Positions 12,790 through 26,199 of a stretch of DNA of 64,000 bases are shown here, piece after piece. A program made the translations under genes and the position numbers. The notes beneath the pieces were generated by a model that did no database searches, was not told the origin of the DNA, and saw nothing but the letters and a program-made list of their open reading frames with translations. Within the stretch, counting starts at the first letter, position 1; each line of letters begins with the position of its first letter. This DNA comes from Psammoneis japonica (taxonomy: Eukaryota): NCBI GenBank assembly GCA_008632985.1, contig QPGO01000174.1, positions 1 through 64,000 of the forward strand. Direction: 5' to 3'.

Positions 12790-14230
12790 TCCAAAGATCT
12801 CAGGGCTGGGAAATTGATGGGAATCCAAAGGATGAGGGCTGGAAATTTGAAAGGAGTCCAAAGGCATGCCTTGTGTTGACAGATTGCAGCAAATGAGCCA
12901 GCTGGATGAGGGTGAAGAAATGGTCTCTGCGGGCCTTGTTGTTGAAGAAATTGATGAGGGTCTGCTGAAGGAGGGTGTGGTGAGGTTGTGTTGGGGTCAG
13001 CAAGACACAGTGCCGTGCAGCTGTTGTCAAGCCGTGGAACTCAAAAGCAAGTCTCAAAAAAGACAGGCAAGGACACAGTGCCATGCAGCTGTTGTCAAGC
13101 TGTGGAACTCAAAAGCAAGTCTAAAAAAACAGGCAAGGATGCTGCTGAGCACAGAAGCACAAAAGAACCAAAGGAGGGAGTGTCTGAAGCCATTGCCAAG
13201 TCAGCATGTCAGGCAAGAAACTGCTGCACAGAAACCACAAGGAAGATCAGCCAGCATGTTTGGAGAGAACATTTGGGCTGGAGATGCAGGCGCTGGTGTC
13301 TCTGAGGCAAGAGAACAACCCAAAAGAGCTGGAGCATCCATTGGGAAGCACTGTGTTGGAAAAGGACAAGAAAATCTGACAGAAGGAATGCAACAACTGT
13401 GCACAACAGAGTGGGATCTACAAAATGCAGAAGGCAAAGGTTTTTGGCATTGTCAGGGGCAACATGCAAAAGCCATTTGTCACAAACTTGAAGGAGTGAT
13501 GGATTTTGGGAGATGTGTGAAAGAGTGGGATGTGGCAGCAGTGCTGTTGGGTGTTCTCAGGTTGATCTCATTTGATGAAAATGAGATGACAAACCTGCAT
13601 GTTTGGGCAGTCATCAAGGCCAGAAGCAGCTGGCACTTGTTTGTCAAGATGAAGGAGAGGCACTTCAAGATTGTTGCAATTGGTCCATGAGCGTTGTTGA
13701 GGCAGCAGAAACATCTTGTGGCAGGGTCATCCCAGAAGAAATTGTCAGGAAAGAAAATGAGTTCAGCAAGGATGTGTTGATGAGCAGCTCACATTGGGGG
13801 TTGACATTTGCCCCAATTCAGCCAAGGAGGTGCCAAAGGTGTTTGACAACTGCAGGACCAAGAAACCTGATGGCGCAATTTTTGTGCAGAGCAAAAACAA
13901 GCAGATTCAATGCTGGAAGTGCACCAAAGTTGGGCATGCAAGAAAGCATTGCCCTGACAGCAATCATTCATTGGCAGAGCCAGATGATGCGGGCCATGGG
14001 AAATGACAGAACAGTTGAAGTGGCGCTGGATGGCACATGGACACATGTGGGGGCAGCATGCCCAGCATTGCTCCAAGTGCATTTTTCTAAGTGGCTCAGC
14101 TTTCCAACAAGCAATTGACAGCTGAGTGCCCCAGCAGGATCTTGGAAGATGCCGCTTGAGCATCCTTTGGCACTGGTCAATTGAGCATGGCTGCATCAAG
14201 TGAACGGCGGCAACATCTCACAATGCTGGC
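12790..14230 (-). mobile_element. Possible highly decayed non-LTR retrotransposon RT (CRE-like)
   Basis: Weak remnants 'CCQGNAF' (QGxP), 'PLAPPWLNWGKCQ' (LxLNxxKC), 'TNGF..AFLLSDFL..PQ..LHL..KCSL'. Confidence 0.3.
13004..13138 (+). repeat. Tandem duplication of about 68 bp (2 copies)
   Basis: gacacagtgcc(g/a)tgcagctgttgtcaagc(c/t)gtggaactcaaaagcaagtct..aaaa..acaggcaag occurs twice. Confidence 0.9.
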
Positions 14231-14910
14231 ACCCAGAGAATTCTGCGTGTCTCCTTCCACAGTGATGAAAAACACTTGATGGCAGCAATTGTGGCACAGC
14301 AAGGCTTTAAAAAGCACAGTTTGTGCTCGACTTGAGCGCGTCATTTGTCACCAAGGAAGGGCTTTTTTCCAATGAAACAAACATCAAGAGAAACAAATCA
14401 AGATGCTGGCAGCTGTGAGAGCCTGGGTGGTGACATGTGCACTGCAAGAATGCTGTGGATGTGCCTTTTTTGAAAGAAGCAGTCAGGCAAAAGAGGTGAC
14501 ATGCCAATGATCAGTTTTCCTGGGATGCAAGTGTGCACAACAGTCATGCCAAAAGGTTGCGAAAAGCAGCACCCGAGAAACTGACAATCGGGGTGTGCAA
14601 AAGAAAACAAGAGGAGCAGAAATCAGCCAAAACAAAACATTGCCCAAAAGAAAGTTTCAAGGTGCAACGGAGAAGAAGAACAACACTGTGACACATGGAA
14701 GAAAGTCGGTGCCCAGGCTCTTGGAAGTTTGTCAGTTTGCTCGCCATTTGACAAAAAACACAGCAATCTTAATTTGAACAGCACAGTGGACATGACCGGC
14801 TGGAGCATGAGCACTTCACAAATCTTGTGACAAAACTGCAGCTTCAAGGTGTGACTGCACTTTCATGTGACAAAAGCAAGCTTGTCTGCCCCCAGCAAGC
14901 TCCTCACTCA

Positions 14911-16100
14911 TCATTTCAGCATTCCTCCCCCCACACCATCATTGAAGGAAAAACATTCTTGGATTGCACCCTGTCCATTTGCCAGTGTCGGCACCTTGGC
15001 AACTTTTTCATGCTCCATTGGGTTGGATTCTAGCATTTGAACACGCTCAAGAGCGGGTGTTGCATTGTGCATGTCACAAAGGACAAAGGCATCTCGATCA
15101 AAGAGTTGAAAAATGTTGCAAGTGCCACAACAAATGGGAGCACAACCCCCCTGAAAGGCCATTGATGTCTTTTCCATCATGCAGCTGTCGTGAGTGCTGT
15201 GTTCCATGACCAAACAAAACCTGCAGTCGTGGCAGGATTGAACGTTGTCGGCCCAGTTTGACAGGGTGATGCCCGTGTCAATTTTTGTGTTGTTTTCACT
15301 TGCAATGTGCACCTGCCCAAGCTTGGAAATCTTGTCACATGCTGCCTCACGAAACGGCACGCAATTGGATTGGCTGTAAATCACAAAGTGCTTCTTTGTG
15401 CTTTTTGGCTTTTGACTGTGATCAAGCAGCTCGTCATGTCCCTTTTTAAAAAGTTCAAACCACCAAACAAACTGCAGACAGCAAATTCGCAACACATTGG
15501 GATGAAACGTGTTGGATGGCACTGGCCCAAGGTGACAGACAAAGTTGTCTTGCAAAATTGGCATTTGCGAAACGAGGTTGACATCAAGATCTTCCCCAAT
15601 GGACAAAACCACTTTGCCTTGAAAGGAATGCCTTGTCCAGTGTTCTACAATGGCCGCACAAAAGCCACCATTGGTCAACTGAAAAAGATCATGTTTGTGT
15701 GTGACATGCTTTCCTTGCAAATCTTTGAGCTCTTTGCCTTGAAATCTGCCTCGTCCCACATTTTGCAAACTCTTGAACAAGTGCTCAGGTGGCACATCTT
15801 GGAGTGCATTTTGGAATTGATCGTTTCCGTTGTTGTCACCCGCACAAGCAAACATGCGTGGTGCAGATTCAGCAATGTTTGCTTTCATTGCTGTTGTTGG
15901 TGTTGCTGCAACAGTCGTGGCGGCATTGTCCTCGTCATTGTCTGGCCACAAAGATGTCAACCAAAAAGCATTGAGAATCAGAGAGCTGAAAACTGTCAGT
16001 GCCAGGAAGAAAACCAAAAGTTTCTGACACAACACTGGAAAAGGGGTTTTGTTCAAAATCCGTTGTTGGGGAGACTTGGACTTTGTCCTCATGATTGCAG
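14911..16100 (-). pseudogene. Hypermutated alpha-1,3-fucosyltransferase (GT10) gene, frame still open
   Basis: TM anchor near the N-terminus. 'DCRFCLVMEH....SCMMEKTSMAFQGGCAPICCG' matches the GT10 motif YxFxLxxEN..YITEK..AF..GxxPIYxG with Tyr replaced by Cys. One Tyr seen in the 449-aa ORF. Confidence 0.8.
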
Positions 16101-16499
16101 TTTGCTTTGTTTGTGGGCATTGTTTCAAGCAGCAAACATCAGGCCTCGAGTGACGAGCATGTGCGGCGGTTCCCGGTTCCCGGATGTTGATGACGGTGAC
16201 GGTGCTCTTGCTCATCCCGGTTTCAAAACATTTTTCAAAACACACTTTCAACTTGTTCAATGACCAAAATGACCCTCAAATGACTGTTTTGTGCATTCTG
16301 TGCATTGCAAACACAACAGCCACAAACAACAAGTGATGTCAAAAAATGTTCGGAACATCCACTTTCCGTTGACATGAATTTGTGCGGTGTGGGCGCAAAA
16401 TGCACACGCGCGCAGGATGCAGAGCGAGGATGAAAACACAGTGCAGCATGGCATGAAGTGCTGATCCCAAAGTCTCATGATGGTTGTGTCAAATTTTGG

Positions 16500-17698
16500 G
16501 AACCATGGAATGCACAGGGAAACACTGCACCCGGATTGGCGTCACATTGATTTTAGTGCAGGTGGCTCATCTTGCTTCTGTTCAGCTTGCTTGCCTTTTT
16601 TGATGCAGTTTTCCAGTCCTCAGTGATGAGCAACACTCAGCTGCACTTCTGAATTCTGCCAAGAAAGTTCAGAACACAAACACCCATGAAAACAGAACGT
16701 TGGTGATTTTGATGGGAAACTTGCAATGTGGTGAGCTTGCATGGGAAACCCTTTGCACAGACATGTGTTGGATGCAAATTCAGCTGATCTGGCTCTGTTC
16801 ACCCAAGAGCCCACACAGCAATGTCAGAATGCATCCATCCTGCTGAGAGCAAAGCACATTTACAAACACCCAAAGTGCGATGATTGGGCTGATGCTGTTG
16901 ACATGACAAATGGCACAGCATGGCGCGGGCGTTTGTGCCCAATCTGCAACAAGAAGACTGCAAAGCTTGGAGGCATGGGAAACTTTAGTGGGAGTGGCAC
17001 AATCACATTCATGTGTCGATGGTTCATCTCACAACGCATCAAAAAACTTGAATGGATGAAGAAGTGTGATCGCTTTGTCATTTCACGAACTGATCATTTT
17101 TGCACAGCCCCCCATGACCTCTCAGACCTTGACAATCATTGTGTGTGGGTGCCAGCAGGAGAAGACTGTGGGGGGAAATGTGATGATCATTTGTGGTGAA
17201 CTCAACCTTGGTCTTGAAAGCTCTTGATGTGCTTCCACCAATCATCAAAAACCCAGAAAAGTTTGAAGCGCAACTGGCTTCTTTTTTAATGCACTCAACT
17301 CGGAACAGCTCCTTGCGGCACGCTGGGGACAAGAGGGGCTCATGGGTTCTGTGAAACGTTTTCAACAAATGATGTTTGTTTGTGGTGTTCCTGGAGACCA
17401 AGTCAGAATGAACCCCCTCCAAACTGTGATGGAAGAGGGAGTGCAGCCCAAGTGTGGGGCAGAATGTGCCCTTGCCAAATCGACAGGTGAGATGCAAATA
17501 GACTGTGGGTGTCCTGGTCATTGCAGCTCTCTTTCACTGAGCAGTGTTGAAGGCAAAATGCCACGTTCGTGCATGGAGCAGATGCAGCATGTGATGAAAA
17601 AGCACAAGATGAGTCAGAATGCATCATGTGTTCATGCGGCAGATTCAAGAGCTTGTGGACCCGAGTGCAACCCAAATCTTTGTGTTGCCGCAACTTAA
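16500..17698 (+). pseudogene. Hypermutated, frameshifted putative glycosyltransferase gene with C-terminal Cys-rich module
   Basis: 'HVLDANSADLAL', 'GSGTITFMCRWF', 'KCDRFVISRTDHFC', 'VWVPAGEDCGG.CD' (expected YDRFVxxRxD and EDYGGxxDR). Ends in 'CGCPGHC...CGPECNPNLC'. Confidence 0.65.
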
Positions 17699-18379
17699 AG
17701 AATGCATGGTGGAGAAATTGAGCATTGCAAATTTGAGCCACCACAACACTGTGCACACTCACCCAAGAACAATCAATCTAAAATCAACAGTCACAACACT
17801 TGAAGAAAACCACAACTGTGACAATTTAATGTTTTGGCTAGAGATCTTGATTGGCCCTCTTGTTTTTGGCATGAGGAAGTGCGGAAAGTCCAACTGTGGC
17901 ATGGAATTGGCACGACCTGTGCACACCGGGTGGGACCTGTCAGCATGCACTGCATCTTGTCTCCTTGAGCATGGTGGGAACTCAAGAACCTGCTGCATTG
18001 TGCATGCCAACATCGTGCAACTGTCTCATCACTTTGCTTGTTTGTCCTCCCATGAAGATCTGGTGTGGCGCTGGTGCAAAAACTGGACCAACATTTTTGC
18101 TGAGAGAGACTGCCAGTGGTGGGGCATGGCCAGCAGGTGGGAAAGGTGGGGGCAACCAAGCTGTCTCTCAGAGGCTTGCTGCCAAGCTCTTCAGAAGAAT
18201 TTTGAGGAGTGTCCACGATGAAAACCTCACCTTTTGCAAATGCTTTGGCAGCAACAGCATCTTCAAACTTGGTGGCAGGAGCATTGTCCTTGAGTGCCAG
18301 AGTCTGGCTGGCAGGCATCTGCAGCTCAATGCCACAAAGCAGTGGCATCAAAGGAGGAGTCTGTGGCACACCTCTGGGT

Positions 18380-20120
18380 GCTCAGGAACAGGCAGATGCA
18401 GGGCTGGACTGTCAGCAGGTGAGCTTGTGTTTGTTGCTCTTGTCCTTGTGTGCAACTGCCCTGCAGTCTTGCGGTCACTGCGCTTGCATGACTGACAAAG
18501 ATGACAAGCCAGCCTGTGTCACCTGCTGGAGAAACACACCACTGGCAACAATTTTTGTTGAGCTGAAGGAAGTCCTTGAAGAGTGCACTGCAGCTCCTCA
18601 AAATGATCAAGCTGTGGTGGGTGATTCTTCATCAAGCCACAACGGCATTTCATCTGAGCAGGAAGGACACAGCCCCATCAAACAAGATGCTCTTGACCAA
18701 TGTGTGCCCATCTCCACAGTGCCGTTGAACAATGCCAGGTTGCTTTGTGTTGCTTGGAAAATGCCAGCCTTCCAAGCAACTGGAAAATGGCAAACCTCTT
18801 GCTGTCCAGCACAACACACACTTGGTGCCAGAAGGATCAGGGAAGGGGGGGGAGGGGCTTCAATGTGTTTGCAATGGCATCTTCAAACCAGCTGGGTCCA
18901 GGCAAATGCACAGCCAAGCCTTTGGAAATTTCTTCTAAAGAGCAGCGCTCACAGAACCCACAACTTCAGGTTTGTCACAGCAATGATTTTGCTGCAGAGC
19001 TTGTGCACACTCAACTGTGTGGGTCCAGCATGTTGCACAGTTTCCCCCCATCAAACATGTGGCTTGCACCAAGGCACACACAGATGATGCAGCAAAACAA
19101 GCGGGTGCTTTTCAACNNNNNNNNNNNNNNNNNNNNNNNNNNNNNNNNNNNNNNNNNNNNNNNNNNNNNNNNNNNNNNNNNNNNNNNNNNNNNNNNNNNN
19201 NNNNNNNNNNNNNNNNNNNNNNNNNNNNNNNNNNNNNNNNNNNNNNNNNNNNNNNNNNNNNNNNNNNNNNNNNNNNNNNNNNNNNNNNNNNNNNNNNNNN
19301 NNNNNNNNNNNNNNNNNNNNNNNNNNNNNNNNNNNNNNNNNNNNNNNNNNNNNNNNNNNNNNNNNNNNNNNNNNNNNNNNNNAAGCTGTTTTGGCACAGC
19401 TGTGTCAATGAGTGTGTGTCTTGTTGGCTTGAAAAATGCGTGTGGTTGACAAATGATGAAAGACGGCCACAGATTCACATTTGTTTTGTCATGCTTGGGT
19501 GTCAAAAGAGCCAGGTTGGTCGAATTAATCCCGTTGGACCTCCCTGTTGGGGGAGTGAGCGGTCTGGGCCCACAAGCATGTGATCAACGAGAGCCAGGGT
19601 TCTGCAGTGCTGCACAGCAGTGAGATGTCTTTGCAGCAAAGACTGCGTGCAATGGATGCAATCAAGTCAGCATGCGTTTTGCTGTCAAATGTTTTGAGTC
19701 GATTCCTTGCCAGAATGTCAGGCTGAACCCAACAGTCATGCACCCCTGCATGCCGCAAAATTCCCCCCATGATGTTGTGCTCTTGCTCCCTCTCTCTCTC
19801 TCTCTCTCTGTCTCCAGTGGAGGGAGTCACAGTTGAGACAACATGAGCAAAAGGGATTGGTTGAATGTAAATGACATTGAGCGACCACTGACACGGCGCT
19901 GCTTGGTCCGTGCCATCTGGTCAGGGTTCGTCCTTGCTTTCCTTGTGACTGAAGCCTTTCTTTGTGCTTCCGTGTCGATGCAAGAGCCTGCATTGATGCA
20001 AGAGCAAGAGCTCAAATTGGTCTTCTTTGCCCAGCAGGAATCCCATTTGGCACTTGTTAAACAGACAGTGGAGGTTCAAGCAAATGGGATCTGTCCCCAC
20101 AGCGGGAATCACCCTTGACC
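18380..20120 (+). pseudogene. Possible heavily decayed membrane-anchored gene (perhaps exostosin-like) spanning the assembly gap
   Basis: Hydrophobic segment 'VSLCLLLLSLCA' followed by a stem-like region. Only faint motif resemblance. Confidence 0.25.
19117..19382. other. Assembly gap (N run)
   Basis: Run of n characters. Confidence 1.
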
Positions 20121-20230
20121 CACAATTGACTTCCAGAAAAGTGTTTTCATGAGGGTCCTTTTGTCATTGCTCTATAGAATCGTGTGCTCACACATGCTTT
20201 CCCGCCGAAAATGAGAATGACAGCAGAACA

Positions 20231-21844
20231 TTGCAGTGGCTCATTGAACTAAGAATGTTCATTTGCGTTGTCATTGACCACATGGTTTGGTGCCATCATT
20301 CTCATTTTCGGCAATGTCATTTTGTGTGCAACATTAAGAAGATGATTCCCATCTTTTTCTTGTCCAACGCACATGAAAACACTTTTTCGATCTGGAGTGA
20401 CTCCCGCCATGGGGACAGATCCAAGCAAATGACCCATTTCCTTGGTGGGGTGATTCCAGTGGAATTGATGTTGAAGCGATTGCAGCGTTCTTCAAAGTGT
20501 GGAGGTCAAAGACCAACAAGAACATGGATTTTCTGCATCCTCATGAGATGTGTCCCATTGGAAATGCCACTGCATTGTTTGGCCTGCCCACAGACCCCAA
20601 TGAAAACAATTCCAGTGAGGAGGGAGATCCAAAGGTTTGGGCAGAAATCTCCGCTAAAAACACTCGACGACTCATCCCAAACAGACTAGATCCAGGAGAA
20701 AAACTGCTTGTTGGTGCACTTGAGATGCTCTGCAATTCCATTTTTCACAAATGGAGCAGACTCAAGCAGGTTGCACTGACGTCTGGGCTGCCAATCATCA
20801 TCAACTGTGCAGACTGTCGAGGATGCAGCAAGGAAAACCTCCTGTTCAATGGGACCACATGCAGCACTCCAATCTTTTCCCTTTGTTCTGCATTCAAGGC
20901 AGAATCGTGCAATCGTGCATTTCCATTGCCAACATGTTTCGTTGTTGAGCATGCAAGGGGCAGTTCCAAAGAGTGGGATGCTGTTTTTGGGGAACAAGAT
21001 TTAACGCACCCTTGGGAAAACGAAACCAGCTGTGTGGAGAGGAACGAATTCAGGGTTTCCCAGTCAGGAAGACTGTCTTCGCCACAGAATGGCGCAAGAA
21101 GCATCCAAACACCAAGATCAACTGTTTGACATTGGACATGTCACAAGGGGAGCAGAATCAACATTTCGTTGTTCCCGGATCCCCTTTGAGGATTTTCAAA
21201 CCTGCAGAGCAACACTTGATGTGGACGGGAACTCGTGGTCAGGTCGTTTTGTCAAGCTCATGTCAATGAATTCTGTCGCAATAAAGGTGGAGCCGGAGTT
21301 TACTGATTTCTTCATGCCACAGCTTCAACCTTGGGTTCACTGCGCACCAGCACGGGCTGACATGTCGGATCTTGCCAACATTACAAAGTTCGTCCTGGCA
21401 GACAAGAATGCACCAAGAATGAAGAAAATTGTTCAGAATGCATGTGATTGGTCAAGGGATTTTTCTGTCTACAACAATGTGGTGGAATCAATCCTGCCCA
21501 TCTTGTCATTTTATGTGGAACTGCTGGACAGGAACAATCCTCATTGGGAAGACGTGTGGCGAAAAAACCTGCAACAATTGGTGAAGCCAGAGTTGAATTG
21601 GGCTGCGACTTGGTCAACCGAGGGACGAGAGAACATCAATTGCAGATGCCCTCAAACTTGCAACAAGGATGCATTGAGCAACAAGAGGAACAATCTTCCC
21701 TTCAGTTGCCAGCAACGCATCTGCTGCATGATGTCCACACATGGAATGTCTCAGAGTGAATCGTGCATCCATGCAAGCAATCCAGATTCTGGCGCATGTG
21801 GACCCGAGTGTGACCCTAACCTCTGCACAGCAACACAGACATGA
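20231..21844 (+). pseudogene. Hypermutated, frameshifted GT90 (CAP10/POGLUT-like) glycosyltransferase with C-terminal Cys-rich module
   Basis: 'FQTCRATLDVDGNSWSGRF..LMSMNSVAIKVEP....F...LQPWVHCAPARADMSDL' matches GT90 YxxxxDxDGNxWSxRF...PWVHYxPV. Frameshift near 21030. Confidence 0.85.
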
Positions 21845-22959
21845 CAGCCTGCAAATGATCCAGTCAGTGAGAGTTGCAGCCTTCACTTCAGTTCAGACAA
21901 CAAGAGTTGAGAGGGCAGTGACTGCCGACTTCTGCAGCAAAGTGTGCTTGACAAATTAAAAATGAAGTCAGCCTTCTCCCGGTTTGATGTTTAAGTTTTC
22001 AAGAAGCACCACCAAACAGTCCGTTCGTTCAAATCCCAAAACCTTCAGGGTGTGTCAAATGATTTACAAGCAGATGTTCTGCCAGTGCAAGGCCACCCAC
22101 GCCCAATGATCCCAGGCATTTCAGATGACATGTCCGATGCAGCGAATTCCATTGCTTTGGCTGGTGTCAAGAGCTGGACTTCTCTTGATGTCTCCAACAC
22201 ATCCCAAGATGGCGCCAAAGCACCACAGAAGAATCTGTCGGACAGTCAAGCTCCTCCTGCTCCCCAGCTCCCACTGATGTTGGAGTGCCCCCATTCAAAA
22301 CCTTTGTTGATTCATCCACCACCAAACCTCCTCCTGCTGGCACAACTTCAGACCTTGCCAATCATGCTTCAGACGTGGCTGACTTGAAACAAGAAATGGC
22401 TTGAATGAAACAGGACAATGAAGCCAGACTTGCCAGAATTGAGGAACAACACCAGCAATCTGTGGCCACACTCCAACATGATCTTTAGTGTGAGCATCAA
22501 ACCCAAAGGGACAACCTGGTTGAGCAAATTCAGGCATTCCTCCAAAAATGCCTTCCACCTCCCGACTCAGAATCTGAAACATGTTCATCTCCTGTGCACA
22601 AGAAACCTGCAGCTTTGGCTCCAGCTGGTGCCTCTGCTGAGCAGCCCCCGGATGCATCAATGATGGACATGGCTCAAGAGGACTCGCATTTTAATGGGGT
22701 GAACCAAGTCATCTTCTTTGCCCAAAGCAGTTGATGCAGACAATGCATCTTCTCCAGTCTCCCTTCAAGGGAGCACAGCATCATCATGAGGGGACTGCCC
22801 CTTCACCCGCAGTTGCTCCGCTGCAATGCAGGGGACCCCTCTGAACACGCAATCACCTGCATCCCTTCAAGAAGCTGCCCAACAATGGAGTCACATCCCA
22901 GATGGATGACAGCATTCTCTTCCTCCTCAAACTGTTGACTGTTCAAATCTAAAATCAAG

Positions 22960-25160
22960 TGAAGATTGGCGACCTGTTGGGTCCAAAAGCTCCAGAAACT
23001 GCTCGTCCATGTGTGCTCAATTCAAGTGGTTGTTTGTTTGACTCTCTCGGCAGTGATTTTAACTCCTGCTGCCAGGTTGTTGATGAAATTCAAGCTGATG
23101 TCATCGGCATGTCAGAAACTTGCTTGGATGCCTCCCAACCCTCCACAGCCAAAACAAGCAGGTTGGTTGTCAAGAACACCCTTCATCACAGACGCATGGT
23201 CTTCTCTGCATTCTCTGCCCCATGATTCACAACACCTCACAAACCAGGTGGCACTGCTGTTGTTTCTTGCAATTCAGCAGAATTCCAACACTGCCTCAAG
23301 ATGGCAGATCCACTGGGATGCTGGGCTGTTCAAATGTTTGATGGAAAGCAGGGTGGACAGGTCATGTTTGTCTCGTGCTGCCGAGTGTGTTCTGACAACT
23401 CTTCCACGGCAGGAAAAACCACAGCTTGTGCCCAACAAGTGAACCCACTGCACCAAGAACAAGGCAGAGCACAGCCTGAGCCGTGCCACACCTTTTGTTG
23501 CAACACAACAAGAATGCTCAAATCATTCTTGGATGAACCGAATTGTGAAGTCATCCTGTTTGGGGATTTCAACACTGACTTCCGGCATGATGCTGATTCC
23601 TTGGCATGCTGCCTTGGCAATGAGGTTTAAACTGTCGGACATGATGTTTGGCCAGATGCAAGACCTGGATTTTGCCGCTCACTTGCATGGATGCTGCCAT
23701 CTTGATTGTGTCCTGGCTGCACCTGGTGCTCTTGAGGCTGTGACAGCTTGTGGATGTGAACCTTTTGGTTGCAGGATTTTGTCAGATTGCCATGCCCATT
23801 TTGTGGATTTTGACATTGAGGTCCTTTTTGGAAACATGTCAGTTGGCATTCCTTGCTCTGCTCATTGGACTCTTTTGACCAAATCACCAAAGCATGTTGC
23901 AACCTGCCTGGATGCTGAAACATTTCAGCTCACAGCAAAGCCCCGCTGCTTTCTGAGGACCCAGATCATCACTTGGCAGAACATCTCAACCGCAACATGG
24001 CACAATTTTGCATTTCAGCTGCAAAGCACTGTCGTCAATGTCAAGAGCCAGAATGGTCCAAAAAACTTGCCGACTTGCACAGGAAAGTTTTTGTTCTTTC
24101 TCGGCTTCTCTCCATGTTTGAGAACAAGACCACTTTTGTGGATTCGATCGTCCATGCAAAGTGCAAGCTCAAGGAATCCTTTCTTCTCCCAATCACCACA
24201 GAAGAGTGTCAAACCTCCCTTTGTTGCACTCAATCCAAATGCAAGAAAGTTGCTGGAGCAAGTTTGCACCACCGAGAATTAGAAAGAGATGCAAAGACAG
24301 CAGACTTGGACATGGAGGGCACCCCTTCATCTGCCAAGGAAGCAAAAATCCTCCAAACCATGAGATGTGCTGAAGAGATCACCAGAGTTTTTTGCAAGAT
24401 CAACACATTTGCAGATGAGGATGGCTCCAGTGTCAGCAAAGTTCAAGTCCTTGAAAATCTGTTAGATGATCCCATGACATGCAACAGCTGGGCAATGATC
24501 GACGCTCCACAAGACGTCGTGGCTGTCTTGACTGCTTGGAACCAAAAGCATTTCGGCCAGGCCCATGGCACCCCACCTGCAATTCCTCCCCTGCAGATTG
24601 ACTTGGGATGTGAAAGCAACACTGTCATGGCTGAACTTGTGCTCGATGGTGACCACTCCATGACCAGCATGACAGAAGCAACAGCTCTTTTGACCAAGCA
24701 TCTCTGCAGATGCACCCCTGTTGCCACATCTAATTTCCTGATGGCCGACAACATCCGTGGTGAATTTCAAATGTGGGCTGAATCCACTTTGACATTGATC
24801 AAGTCTGGACTGCATTTGGGTCACTGGAAAGCCATGCATTCCAAGCATGTGCATTCAACAGCAACGGATCCACAAGGTGCACCTGCCACTCGGAATCAAG
24901 AGCTTGATGAAAATCAAGAAATGTTGCAACAGATTTGATTGAACCTTCTAAATTGCACACTCAAATGGGGACATTCCTTCAACAGGTGGCAAGATGTCAT
25001 CAACATCATGATCTTTAAAGAGCCTGGCAACAAAATGATCCACCGGCTCCATGTCATTCACATTCATGAAGCAGGTTTTCAATTGATCACCAGCATCAAG
25101 TGGCGGGCCCTTGCACAACACATGGAACATGATCGCTTGTTCAATCCTGGCATGCATGGC
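22960..25160 (+). mobile_element. LINE ORF2 remnant (AP endonuclease and RT N-terminus), 3'-truncated
   Basis: 'DVIGMSET', 'KPGGT', 'DPLGCW', 'VSCCRVC' (SAYR), 'ILFGDFN', 'LDCVL', 'SDCH..FVDF', 'SGLHLGHWKA', 'KEPGN..IHRLHVIHIHEA' (IHIYEAD). Confidence 0.85.
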
Positions 25161-25169
25161 ACTGGAGCT

Positions 25170-26000
25170 TTCTTGTGTGCCCAAACTGTGAAATGCTTGA
25201 GTGTCCTGACAACCTTTCTCTTCTTCCTTGATGCATCTGCATCATTTTGTGGATGTCAATGAGCACTTTTATTTTGTGGCCTTGGTCAGAGCTGTGACTC
25301 ATGCTGCAGTCTTTGGCTCATCTCTGATCTTCTTGACCATTGCATCCCATTTTGTGATGGACTCTTCCCTTGTGTTCTCTGACTTCTGTTTCAGTTCTTG
25401 TGCAGACACACCTTCCTCCGACGGCTCTTGCAGATCTTTCTGGAGCAGCACAAACACTCTCTTGTCCTGGTCATCATTCTTTTCAGCTGTTGTTAGATCT
25501 GGCTTGACAGTCTTGCACAAGTCCTTGCTTCCCTCTTGGTCCATCAGGCCTCTGTCTCATCAACCAACTCCACATCGCAATCCAATGTCAAAGTCCCATC
25601 CTTGTTTGGGCTCTTGCCAAGGTGCGCGCTGCACCCATCCTCCAGTCCTTGGAAGTGCACTCTTTCCAGCATGTGTCTCCAACAATCAGATGCAGCGTGC
25701 AGTTGCAGAACACTGTCTGCAAAGCCAGGTTTCCCAGGCAATCTTGGAATCTTTCCGCGAACGGCAAGATGCCATTGTCGTCACCACAGCAAGCACAAAG
25801 AGCTTCATTTGCAGCAGGGAAAGCAAGTGATGACACTGTCAGCAATTGCAATGGCTGCTCTTGTTGCACCCTCCATTTGATGTTTCCTTGACATGTTCTC
25901 TCACCTTTGCTGTGTTCTGCATGACCTTGGCATGATCCACCATCATCCATTCAGCAGAGCTTGTCTGCTGCTCCACAATGACCATCATCCCCGCTGCTGC
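25170..26000 (-). repeat. Decayed coding repeat of unknown family, homologous (inverted) to about 45000-45800
   Basis: 'ALCACCGDDNGILPF.ERFQD..L.LQTVFCNC.L.LIVGD..WK' vs 'VLCACCNKNNCILPL.E.FQD...TLQMVLCNCLL.LVVGDVHWK'; 'DCDVELVD' vs 'DCNVELDD'. Confidence 0.65.
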
Positions 26001-26199
26001 TGCAGTGATTTTTCCGGTGTGCCCTGAAGCACAGCACACTGAAGCAAGGTGACAGATGTGGTTGAGTGAGTCTTGCAGATGATGCGCGCACGACGGTTGT
26101 CTTTTTCCCTTCTTTGTGTTTTTTTGCTTGCCCAAAAAGGGTGTTTCCCCTGTGTTTTTTTTAATTTGGCTGCACATCTTCATTCAAATTTAAATGGAC

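Noticed and set aside
18700..19583. ORFs spanning the N run
   Set aside because: Artefacts of translating through the assembly gap.
19790..19808. (CT)n microsatellite; also (TTG)n/(CAA)n near 27214-27240
   Set aside because: Ordinary simple repeats.
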